Origin: Polyangiaceae bacterium
GTDB taxonomy: Bacteria; Myxococcota_A; Polyangia; Polyangiales; Polyangiaceae
Direction of reading: 5' to 3'
Assembly (NCBI GenBank): GCA_050287085.1
Contig: JBNKBE010000004.1
Location: 128,288-192,287 of the forward strand
DNA length: 64,000 bases
Below the pieces are notes generated by a model. It was not told the origin of the DNA. It saw only the letters and a list, made by a program, of their open reading frames with translations, and searched no databases. Both the position numbers and the translations under genes were made by a program. Every line of letters begins with the position of its first letter. The stretch's first letter is position 1. Below, piece after piece: positions 40,301 to 49,844 of this stretch.

Positions 40301-40486
40301 GTGCCGCGGGATTGGGGGCTCGCGCCGGGTCGGGCGTCTCACTTGGTCGTATTTGCTGAGCCTGGCTCCAGCGTCGACGCGCTGGCGGTTGTACCCGTCA
40401 CGGGGCCTCAGGTCCCCGAATCGGCCAATGACTCGAAAGGGAAACAAAGCGCTCGCAACGGGGCGGGCGAATCCACAAAGCGATGA
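37379..40486 (+). CDS. Membrane-anchored alkaline-phosphatase/sulfatase-superfamily protein with HEAT-like repeats
   Basis: N-terminal TM helices; LITVDALRADH, HLFGPHEPY, TADHGEEF, YEEQVRVPL; C-terminal helical repeats. Confidence 0.85.
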   Translation: MRQVLASAARGAALAVGVALVELTLVFVAYSRSFAGIWELQHGALYLLPTLVLFAGAAGAAGAGVARAAVAEPRALRIGAAGLSWLAGGLVGYSVSFGRHFEELWRRIGFVGLTGGLATLAVMAFAPKLYVAALRSPRWVAIGAGVFIGLLELANRYLFVRLYPGFHLTAAALGLGLSGLLSPRRLFAAPSAWMRQPRRWGLVLGGLVALGAGLGPAAQRLARFDNFRLVLDEQAPIARQASLLSARLVPAPALDETLASKPQEQSPSPPELRGRSVLLITVDALRADHLGAYGSRQALTPNMDALAREGLRFDHAYCATPHTSYSLTSLMTGKYIRPLLLQGLGAHSETLATTLRRYGYRTAAFYPPAVFFIDRERFAAFDQSQLGFEYQKREFLEGRARVEQLAGYLGTLPEGAPAFAWVHLFGPHEPYESHEGYEYGDSDQERYASEVAFADRTVGQLVSAFRGRYPDALVVVTADHGEEFGEHGGRYHGSSVYEEQVRVPLIFQAPGVVKAGSVSAPVQTIDLLPTVLRSLGIPVRPSVRGRDLSRALTTGELPGPGFAFVETDAQTLLAEGRHRLICERRLGACKLFDLEQDPTEQSAAEDENAVAVTERLRAESRALGASHGRYELDSNARAPGQEAWPAPILRGLAGDGDAAADLASLLDDAEAPIREKAAELLFSLGTEAQASALRLALQREEREAIRRWLAVDVTRLGDGAPLVEELLAGDALVWRRRAALALAERGDRRGRFELVGWWVDGGSDDFVLAGRLLGAFAKTRAKEAVGPLLRALDDLRLRPLIADTLAAIGDETARGALARAFASEPYHGTRERLGAALVKLGARGELIAPLRRWLGAPDPLSTGLELARQADVLEFVGGPKDSEQARLAHEAGVGALVTVTVPPAAGDAALRLLVLARPPTAVDGEVRVGLPRGLYRYDTAGKAVRSRRVPELDPQRFVRIRVPAGRAPQQFVATVPRDWGLAPGRASHLVVFAEPGSSVDALAVVPVTGPQVPESANDSKGKQSARNGAGESTKR

Positions 40487-40499
40487 TATAGAGGCGCCC

Positions 40500-41588
40500 G
40501 TGGCAGACGAAGATCTACAAGCCGAGGGGGCCATCGAGGCCAACGGCGGGTCCGAGGGCACCGAAGCCGGTGAGGATGTCGAAGCAGGAGGCGCCGATGC
40601 CGAAAACCGCCGTGCGCGGCGAGCCGCTGCGGCCCGTGCTCGCAAGGCTCGACTCAGGGAGCGCAAAGAAGCCGAAGCGGTCGGTCTAGACGCTCAGGAG
40701 ATGCTCGACGACGCGTTGGTGCGCGGGCAAGACCGCGCCGCAAAGTGGTTCAAGAAGAACTGGAACGCAATCCAGTGGACCCTCGTTGGAGGCCTGGCCG
40801 TGTGGGGCGCATGGGGGCTTTACGACCTGCAACAGGCAAGGGGCCAAGCGGAGGCATCGGATGTGCTGGCCGACGCACTTCGGGCTGAGGCGGGACGGGT
40901 TGACTCTGAGGGAGCCAATCCGGACGAGCCGGCAGCCGCTCCGGACCCGACGCCGGTGTTTGCGACCCAAGCGGAACGGCTGACGGCGGCACGCACCAAG
41001 TTTGAAGCCGCCAGTCAGGAGCGCTCCGGATCGGGCACAGCGGCGTTTGCGAAGCTAGCCTTGGCGGCCGTGAAGCTCCAACAGGGTGAGCTGGATCAGG
41101 CGGTGGCTGAGTTCGATGCGGTTCTGGCGCTCCCGCTGGCGAAGAGCTATCCGGAGCTCAGGGGTCGTGCACTCGACGGCAAGGCCCAAGCCTTGGAGGC
41201 TCAGGGTAAGCGCGATGAGGCGCTGAAAACCTATCAAGAACTGGCTTTGGTTGACGGCTTCAAGGCTCTCGCCAAGATGGAAAGCGTGCGTCTTGAGTTG
41301 GTGGCCGGAAGAGAAGCTGAGGCGAAGGTGATGCTCAAGGAGCTCAACGAAGAGCTCGGACCCCCCACCAGTCAGCCGGCTCAGAATTACCTTGAGCAGG
41401 CTGCCAAGACGTATACGACGCAGCTCGATCCGAGCGCGATTCAACCCGCCGGCATCACCCCAGAGCAGCTCGAGCAGCTCCGCACTCAGATGATGCGGAG
41501 CGTACAGAAGTCCGCGCCGGCCGGTGACGCCCAGAAGCAGGCTGATAACTCCGGAGCTCCGGCGGGGCCCGCGGGAACGGCGCAATAG
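40500..41588 (+). CDS. YfgM-like single-TM TPR protein
   Basis: AGAGG SD + GTG 40500; TM segment, TPR-like helices; directly upstream of bamB-like gene. Confidence 0.7.
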   Translation: MADEDLQAEGAIEANGGSEGTEAGEDVEAGGADAENRRARRAAAARARKARLRERKEAEAVGLDAQEMLDDALVRGQDRAAKWFKKNWNAIQWTLVGGLAVWGAWGLYDLQQARGQAEASDVLADALRAEAGRVDSEGANPDEPAAAPDPTPVFATQAERLTAARTKFEAASQERSGSGTAAFAKLALAAVKLQQGELDQAVAEFDAVLALPLAKSYPELRGRALDGKAQALEAQGKRDEALKTYQELALVDGFKALAKMESVRLELVAGREAEAKVMLKELNEELGPPTSQPAQNYLEQAAKTYTTQLDPSAIQPAGITPEQLEQLRTQMMRSVQKSAPAGDAQKQADNSGAPAGPAGTAQ

Positions 41589-41590
41589 TT

Positions 41591-42928
41591 TTGCGCGCAA
41601 AGGACTCGGGCTGGGTGCCGATGGGTGAGTTGGCTTCGACTCTCGCGCGTCAGGCCGATCGCGTTCGACGCGGGCGGTGGCTGAGCGCGGTGTGTTTGAC
41701 GGCCTTGTTCGCGCCCGCTGTGGGGTGTGACAGTCTCAGGACTGGGGCCCTGCCGGAGAACGCGCCATGGCGACGTCGCGCTATGCCCGTGCTTGAACTT
41801 GAATACAAGCGTTCACTCCGGGCGGACTCACTGCACGTGGGTGAACCCTACGAACGCGGCAGACCTGCGATCGATATGGAGCAATATCGCGTATTCGTGG
41901 GATCGAGCGACGGTGGCCTGTACGCGCTCAATGCGCGCGACGGCTCGAGTTTGTGGCGTTTTCAGACGGCTGGCCCCGTTCAGAGCGAACCGCTCTACGA
42001 TCCAAGGGAAGACGTCGTCTATTTCGGCTCTAACGACGGCGCCTTGTACAAATTGAACGCGGCCACGGGGAAGCTCGTGTGGCGCTTTGCCACCAATGCT
42101 GAGGTGGCCCAGCGACCCGAGTTGAATGGCGATAGGCTGCTTGTGGTCAACGCCAACGATACGGTCCTGGCGTTGGACCACGCGAGCGGCAAGCTATTGT
42201 GGAGCCAACACCGTTCCCCGGCGCTGGGTATGGAAGTGGCGGGACACGCGGGGCTCTTGGTGCAGGCTGGAAGGGTCTACACCGCCTTCAGCGACGGCAC
42301 CGTCACGGCGTTCGACGTGGAGAACGGACGCGAACGCTGGGAGCCGGTTGACTTGACCGTTGAGGCTGAGCAGGTGCGCGGCGAGGCGCCCCAGTACCTG
42401 GATGCTGACGCGACCCCCGCATGGACAACGATCGACGACAAGGAGGCGATCGTTGTCGGTGCTTATGACGGAGGCGTCTTCGCCTTGTCTGCGGACTCCG
42501 GGAACCAACTGTGGGGCAATATGGCAGTCACGGGGGCTACGGACGTGACCGTGTGGCACCAGCCAGCCCATCGAGAACCCGATGCACCGGGGCGTTTGGG
42601 CTCGCTTTATCCGGAACGGCATTGGGTCGTGGTGGCGACCGGCACGAGCGGCCTGTGGGCGTTGGACGCGGAAACTGGGGCCGAGGTGTGGCGACAGGAC
42701 TTGCCCGGCGGTGGCGTTCAGCGACCCGTGTTGTTTCAAGGTACGTTGGCGGTCGCCACCAGCGCACAGGGCTTCTTCCTGGTGGCGCCCACGGACGGCA
42801 GTATCATCGATGGAATACAGGCTGACGTGGGCTTTTCCATGGCTCCGGCTGTGGCGGGTCATCGCGCATTCATTCTGTCGAACGCTGGCGTTTTCTATTC
42901 GTTCAGCGTGACGCCACCGATGCTTTGA
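41591..42928 (+). CDS. PQQ-type beta-propeller lipoprotein (BamB-like)
   Basis: VGC lipobox; repeated LYALNA.DG..LW motifs. Confidence 0.85.
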   Translation: MRAKDSGWVPMGELASTLARQADRVRRGRWLSAVCLTALFAPAVGCDSLRTGALPENAPWRRRAMPVLELEYKRSLRADSLHVGEPYERGRPAIDMEQYRVFVGSSDGGLYALNARDGSSLWRFQTAGPVQSEPLYDPREDVVYFGSNDGALYKLNAATGKLVWRFATNAEVAQRPELNGDRLLVVNANDTVLALDHASGKLLWSQHRSPALGMEVAGHAGLLVQAGRVYTAFSDGTVTAFDVENGRERWEPVDLTVEAEQVRGEAPQYLDADATPAWTTIDDKEAIVVGAYDGGVFALSADSGNQLWGNMAVTGATDVTVWHQPAHREPDAPGRLGSLYPERHWVVVATGTSGLWALDAETGAEVWRQDLPGGGVQRPVLFQGTLAVATSAQGFFLVAPTDGSIIDGIQADVGFSMAPAVAGHRAFILSNAGVFYSFSVTPPML

Positions 42929-42947
42929 CGGGTGTGAGCACGCCACA

Positions 42948-43402
42948 CGTGCTCTTCGAACGGCACGATGGCTATTGAGCGGCGCGGACAGCGCGTGCGC
43001 GCACAGCTGCGCCGCGTGCTCTTCGAACGGCACGATGGCTCGGAGTTGGGCCCAGAAGGCGCACGGGCCGCAGCACGGCAGCGCCGCGTGCTCGTGCTAG
43101 CTAGTCACGAGAAGCTCGGAAGCGGCGCGCAGACGGCGCTTGCTGTTGCGCTTGCGTGCTTTTGAATCCGAGCCGCGCCTTGAATCCGAGCCGCGCCTTG
43201 AATCCGAGCCGCGCCTTGAATCCGAGCCGCGCGCAGACAGAGCTCTTGCGCGCCTTGAATTCGAGCGGCGTGCAGACAGCGCTTGCGTGCTTTTGAATCC
43301 GAGCGGCGCCTTGAATGCGCACGGGCCGCAACACAGCACCGCGGCACGGCCAGCGCCGCGTGCTTGCTAGCTAGCCACGAGAAGCTCGGAAGCGGCGCGC
43401 AG
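42948..43402. repeat. Mosaic of direct and tandem repeats
   Basis: 26-bp cgtgctcttcgaacggcacgatggct at 42948 and 43015; ~75-85-bp direct repeat at ~43059-43132 and ~43317-43402; 18-bp ttgaatccgagccgcgcc x4 at 43162-43233 plus degenerate copies. Confidence 0.9.
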
Positions 43403-43484
43403 CAAGGAGTGAGCGCACGCAGCACGCGCCGCCACAGTTGCCGGCGCCGCCGTGTGCGAAGCCCCCTGCTGAGCTCTGGTATAA

Positions 43485-43512
43485 ACTTCGCATAAGATAG
43501 ATTATGTTAACT
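43485..43512 (+). other. dif site (XerC/XerD chromosome dimer resolution)
   Basis: ACTTCGCATAA-GATAGA-TTATGTTAACT, 11-6-11 layout; compare E. coli GGTGCGCATAA-TGTATA-TTATGTTAAAT. Confidence 0.92.
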
Positions 43513-43577
43513 TTTCGAGAAGGGTCTTTGGACGCCTTCCGCCTTCCGAACTCTTCGCCGGGCGCGGCTGCCTCGGT

Positions 43578-43710
43578 CGCTGACGCGCCTGAGCCGTGCC
43601 TGGGGTTCACCGCTGACGCGGCTGAACGGTGCCTGCTGGGGTTCACCGCTGACGCGGCTGAACGGTGCCTGCTGGGGTTCACCGCTGACGCGGCTGAACC
43701 GTGCCTGGGG
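43578..43710. repeat. 36-bp tandem repeat (~3.5 copies) with palindromic core
   Basis: ggggttcaccgctgacgcggctgaacggtgcctgct units start at 43602, 43638, 43674. Confidence 0.9.
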
Positions 43711-43801
43711 ATCGAGAAATGCAAGCGCTGCTGATGGGCTGGTCGCAGCTGAGGTCGCCACTGCTTGAGCACTGTTCAGAACAACAAAAAGGCGTCCACA
43801 C

Positions 43802-43837
43802 AGAAACGCGCCGCAGAAGGTTCAGCGACGCGTTTCT
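43802..43837. terminator. Hairpin in convergent intergenic region
   Basis: agaaacgcg...cgcgtttct inverted repeat. Confidence 0.4.
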
Positions 43838-44083
43838 TGGCGTTTCTTATTGCTCCGCCCGAAGAAGCGGCGGCGGGTCGTGTTCTGTCTGCTTGCCTAG
43901 TTAGGGCCGCGGACGCGAAGAAGTCAGACTACGTCGGCCGATCCTCCTGCTGTGGCGGGCGGGTTTGTCGCTGTGCGCCTCGAGCTACTCCAGTAGCTGC
44001 GGTGCTCGCGCCTCACGCACCCACCTCGCGGCGGTCTGGACCGGCTCGCGACTGACTTTCCCATTCGCGGGGCCCTAGAGAGG

Positions 44084-45799
<1,716 letters not shown>

Positions 45800-46145
45800 G
45801 TCTTTTCGACTCCTTGTAGTGCGCCAGGCCGACCGCAAGCGGGGCGGCTGTGTTCTCTCGTCAGCGGGCTGAAGCGCGGCGAGAGTCTCCCGTGTGGTGG
45901 GCGCAGAGGGCTCATGTATTGGGTCAGGTGCCCCACCCTGTCGTTTGGTGAAGCGGCCTAGTTCCCAAATGTCCGTAGATAAAAGTCTTTTCTTTGGTGC
46001 CCACAGCGACGTCAAACTCTGACGGGCCGAGGCTAGGTGCGCGCGGAAGTTAAGAGCTCATGGGCGCGGGTCAAGCCCTTCCCGCTTGATTTTCGGCGAA
46101 CACCTGAAGCGGTCGCGCTCAATTGCGGTTTCAAGAATAATTCGC

Positions 46146-46174
46146 TTGAAATCCCGAGCGTCCACGCATATCTA
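46146..46174 (+). promoter_or_regulatory. Possible sigma70 promoter for tRNA-Gln
   Basis: TTGAAA-N17-TATCTA 13 bp upstream of the tRNA. Confidence 0.4.
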
Positions 46175-46187
46175 CACGCTCCCTTTT

Positions 46188-46258
46188 TGGGGAATCGTCT
46201 AACGGCAGGACGCAGGTTTCTGGTACCTGTTATCTAGGTTCGAATCCTAGTTCCCCAG
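46188..46258 (+). tRNA. tRNA-Gln(CTG)
   Basis: Acceptor TGGGGAA/TTCCCCA, anticodon loop TT-CTG-GT, GGTTCGAATCC; CCA not encoded. Confidence 0.95.
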
Positions 46259-46439
46259 CTACACCGCAATTGCACCGGTTCCTATGGGTATCCGACAATT
46301 GTGGAGTGTGGTGGCTGCATGTTCGGTTGGACGGCAGTTCGTCGTGGTTCGTTGGTAGATCATAATTCGTCTGCAAAAAGGCTAACAAAGTACTTTGCAG
46401 CGAAACGGGTGGATGCAATAAGCGCGTCCCACAAAACCA

Positions 46440-46511
46440 GGCCCCATCGTCTAGCGGTTAGGACATCGGCCTCTCACGCCGGTAACACGGGTTCGAGTCC
46501 CGTTGGGGTCA
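46440..46511 (+). tRNA. tRNA-Glu(CTC)
   Basis: Acceptor GGCCCCA/TGGGGTC, anticodon loop CT-CTC-AC, GGTTCGAGTCC; CCA not encoded. Confidence 0.95.
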
Positions 46512-46522
46512 CTGATAGAAGG

Positions 46523-46559
46523 AGACCACCGTGGCTTTTGCTGCGGTGTCTTTGCTTTT
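46523..46559 (+). terminator. Intrinsic terminator after tRNA-Glu
   Basis: caccgtggc-tttt-gctgcggtg stem (G-U pairs) followed by T-rich tail. Confidence 0.55.
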
Positions 46560-46611
46560 GTAGTGGCAGTTCTGCGCGGCGGTCGCGACTGACTTGCCCA
46601 TCCGCGGGCCC

Positions 46612-49600
46612 CTAGTGAAAGTCGCGAGAGCGTAGCTGCGGGGACTGCGGAGTATCGAGTCGTGCGAGCTGTTGCGCGATGACGTGTATGATCGCTGTTG
46701 GGCGCCCAACCTCCCCGGGTTTTGGGCGAGGCATCTTGCGCTCGAGCTTGCCGACGACAAGCAACATCATCGCGTGCCTGGCGACGTGATGGTACTGCTC
46801 AAAGAGCTGACGAAACAGCACCACGTTGATGGTTCCGGTTTCATCTTCGAGAGTGATGAAAACAATGCCAGACGCCGTGCTGGGACGTTGGCGTGCCAGT
46901 ACCAAACCCGCTACGCGAACCTGAGCGTTCCCAGGTGCATGGCTGAGTTGTGAAGCGCGGATGACCCCTTGCTGAGCCAAGCGAGCGCGCAAATGGCTCA
47001 AAGGATGATCGGATAGGCATAACCCCAGCCGCTGATAGTCCAGGGCCATCTGCTCTCCCTTGGCGAGCGGTGGCAAGTTCGCTGGCGTTGTGGTTGACGG
47101 TGCGTTGCGAAAGAGCGGGCCAGGGCTTTCGATCCCGACAGCCCATAGTGCTTGTCGTCGACCCAATTGCAAGCCTTCGAGTGCCCCTGCTTCTGCGAGA
47201 AGTTCAAGCTGTCGCGTCGCCAAACCGCTGCGAGTCCTAAAGTCCGCTAGATGTTGAAACTGGCGTTCATTGCGCGCAACTATCCAGTGCTGGGTCTGTG
47301 CGGAATTGAGTCCCTTGATCAATCGTAAACCCAATCGTACAGCGCGTTTCTCAACGGGGCCTTCCAGAGTGCAGTCCCAATCACTGTGACAGACGTCCAC
47401 AGGAAGAATTGTAACGCCGTGTCGCTGTGCGTCTTTAAGCAGGCTTGATACCGAGTAGAAGCCCAGGGGCTGAGAATTAACTAGAGCACAGGTGAAATAG
47501 GCTGGGAAGTGCGCCTTCAGCCAAGCAGATAGGTAGACCAAAAGCGCAAAGGAGGCCGCGTGTGACTCGGGAAAGCCGTATTCACCAAAACCCTTGATCT
47601 GCTCGAATAGAGCCGTCCCAAATGATTCTGAAATGCCTTTGCGCTTGAATCCGGAAATCAGTCGCTCTCGATGGCGGTTAAGTTGTCCTGTTCGCTTCCA
47701 GGCGGCCATGTCGCGCCGCAGTTGGTCAGCCTCACCTCCTGTGTACCCCGCACCGGCGATAGCCAGTTGCATGACCTGTTCCTGAAACAACGGCACACCT
47801 AGTGTGCGCTGAAGGATGGGCCATAGACATTCATGGGGGACATGGATCGGCTCTTCACCATTTCTGCGTTTCAGATAGGGGTGCACCATGCCCCCTTGAA
47901 TCGGCCCAGGTCGAACAAGGGCTACTTCGACCACGAGATCGTAAAAGTGCTGCGGGCGAAGGCGCGGCAACATGGCCATTTGTGCTCGACTTTCGACTTG
48001 AAAAACACCAACCGTATCGGCTTCGCTAATCATGCCGTAGACAGCACGGTCTTCAGGGGGGACGCGTGTTACGACCTCCAGCGGATCGAAGAAATCAGCC
48101 GTCGCTGAGGGTGAAGTCAGCAGGTGCGTGCCCCGAAGGTATCCGTCATTCCACGTGAGACGTAGTGCCTTGCGGATAGCAGTAAGCATGCCCAGACCAA
48201 GGACATCCACCTTGAAAAAGCCGAGCGCATCGATGTCGTCCTTATCCCACGGGATGACTGTGCGGCCGGGCATCGAAGCTGGTTCGACAGGCGCTATCTG
48301 ACAGAGTGGAGCTTGAGATAGAACAAAACCCCCCACATGAATCGACATATGACGAGGTGTTCCTTCCAATGCCTTCGACCATTCAACTACCTGGCGTAGC
48401 CCATGGTCATTGACGTCGAGGCCATGCTGTCGAAAGTGTTCAGTGCTCGACTCGGCACTATTCCAATGGGTGATTGAGCTGCTCAGTTGATTGACTTGGT
48501 TATTTGATAGGCCAAAAACCTTTCCGACTTCACGCAATGCGCTCTTGCCGCGGTAGCAAATGACCGTAGATACCATTGCCGCACGATCACGGCCGTAGCG
48601 GTCGTAGATGGCCTGTATTACTTCTTCGCGGCGTTCATGCTCGAAGTCGATATCGATATCTGGCGGCTCTGCTCTTTCTTCGCTGAGGAAGCGTTCAAAT
48701 AGTAGATTGCTTCGAGCTGGGTCGACAGCTGTGATGCCAAGGACGAAGCAGACGGCGCTATTGGCTGCACTTCCCCTGCCCTGACATAAGATGTGTTTTG
48801 TGCGAGCAATCTCGATGATCTCCCATGTACACAAAAAATAGCTTGCGACGCCTAATCGTGTGATGAGCTTCAGTTCCTTTTCGAGCTGCAATACAACCCG
48901 TTCTGGAATGTCCTCGGAGTAGCGTCTGGCGGCGCCCTCCCACGTTAGACGTCGCAACTTTTCGTCGGCTGTTTCACCTTCGTCGAGCGCGCATGGAAAC
49001 TGGTAGCGTAGATCTTTGAGATCGAATTGTAGCGCCGCTGCCGCTAGTTCTGTGTTGTCTACCCAGCTTGGGCGTTCCTGGAATAGACGCCGCATAACCT
49101 GCTCGGAGCGTAAGCAGGCCTCAGCGTTTGAGCTCAGTCGAGTTCCAGCTTGGTCTAGCGTGTAGCCTTCACGAATGCATTGGACGATATCTGCGAGCGG
49201 TCGACGAGAGCGTTCGTGATATAAAGGAAAATTGCTCGCGATAACCGGAAACCCCGTAGTGCGAGACAAGCGCTCTGCCTGGGCCATTCGCTCGGGGTCA
49301 AAGCCGTCCAAACGCCGATAGCAGGCGATGTAACCGCGATTTCTAAAGAGCTGACTTAGGTGTGATAGTGAAAGAATTGCAGAGCTGCGCGCCTCGTCGG
49401 ATGTGGCTTCTGAGCTGGTAATTTCGCTATCAAGAAAAACAGGGACAATAAGCGATAGGCTTTGTGATGACTGCTCTGAGAAGTCAGAAAGCCTGAGCCA
49501 GGCTTCGCCTTTTATGCCTCGGCTATGCGCTTGGGTAAGTAGTTGGCAGAGGTTCTGGTAGCCCAGCGCGTCGTGAGGTAGCGCACAAAGGGTAAACGTA

Positions 49601-49824
49601 GCTGTTGCATCGGTTGTAAGCGATATCGATGCGCCGAAATGAAGCTTCTGACCAAGCTCCTTGGCTGCGACCCATGCTCGTACGGCGCCGTAAAGACCGT
49701 TGTGGTCACAGAGACCCAAGGATGAAAGCTTTAGGGCTTGAGCTCTGTGGAGTAGTTCTTCTGGACTGGATGCGCCGCGAAGAAATGAAAAATTGCTTCG
49801 TGCAATGAGTTCCGAAAAGGCCAC
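46612..49824 (-). CDS. dnaE2: Error-prone DNA polymerase (ImuC)
   Basis: SNFSFLRGAS PHP start, GRGSAANS, PPDIDIDFEH, FKVDVLGLGML, YGFPESHA, C-terminal SRDFH. Confidence 0.97.
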   Translation of the reverse strand: MAFSELIARSNFSFLRGASSPEELLHRAQALKLSSLGLCDHNGLYGAVRAWVAAKELGQKLHFGASISLTTDATATFTLCALPHDALGYQNLCQLLTQAHSRGIKGEAWLRLSDFSEQSSQSLSLIVPVFLDSEITSSEATSDEARSSAILSLSHLSQLFRNRGYIACYRRLDGFDPERMAQAERLSRTTGFPVIASNFPLYHERSRRPLADIVQCIREGYTLDQAGTRLSSNAEACLRSEQVMRRLFQERPSWVDNTELAAAALQFDLKDLRYQFPCALDEGETADEKLRRLTWEGAARRYSEDIPERVVLQLEKELKLITRLGVASYFLCTWEIIEIARTKHILCQGRGSAANSAVCFVLGITAVDPARSNLLFERFLSEERAEPPDIDIDFEHERREEVIQAIYDRYGRDRAAMVSTVICYRGKSALREVGKVFGLSNNQVNQLSSSITHWNSAESSTEHFRQHGLDVNDHGLRQVVEWSKALEGTPRHMSIHVGGFVLSQAPLCQIAPVEPASMPGRTVIPWDKDDIDALGFFKVDVLGLGMLTAIRKALRLTWNDGYLRGTHLLTSPSATADFFDPLEVVTRVPPEDRAVYGMISEADTVGVFQVESRAQMAMLPRLRPQHFYDLVVEVALVRPGPIQGGMVHPYLKRRNGEEPIHVPHECLWPILQRTLGVPLFQEQVMQLAIAGAGYTGGEADQLRRDMAAWKRTGQLNRHRERLISGFKRKGISESFGTALFEQIKGFGEYGFPESHAASFALLVYLSAWLKAHFPAYFTCALVNSQPLGFYSVSSLLKDAQRHGVTILPVDVCHSDWDCTLEGPVEKRAVRLGLRLIKGLNSAQTQHWIVARNERQFQHLADFRTRSGLATRQLELLAEAGALEGLQLGRRQALWAVGIESPGPLFRNAPSTTTPANLPPLAKGEQMALDYQRLGLCLSDHPLSHLRARLAQQGVIRASQLSHAPGNAQVRVAGLVLARQRPSTASGIVFITLEDETGTINVVLFRQLFEQYHHVARHAMMLLVVGKLERKMPRPKPGEVGRPTAIIHVIAQQLARLDTPQSPQLRSRDFH

Positions 49825-49844
49825 GGATGAAGTGTTGAGCTGGG

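Noticed and set aside
42948..43040. Mini CRISPR array (26-bp palindromic repeat, 41-bp gap)
   Set aside because: Only two full copies, embedded in other degenerate repeats, and no cas genes in the window.
43578..43710. CRISPR array from 36-bp repeats
   Set aside because: Units are head-to-tail with no unique spacers.
42968..44055. Short ORFs in the dif region
   Set aside because: They are translations of tandem repeats, open in several frames, with no protein-like features; one would overlap dif.
45800..46187. groES gene or CIRCE element upstream of groEL
   Set aside because: No GroES-like ORF and no TTAGCACTC-N9-GAGTGCTAA seen.
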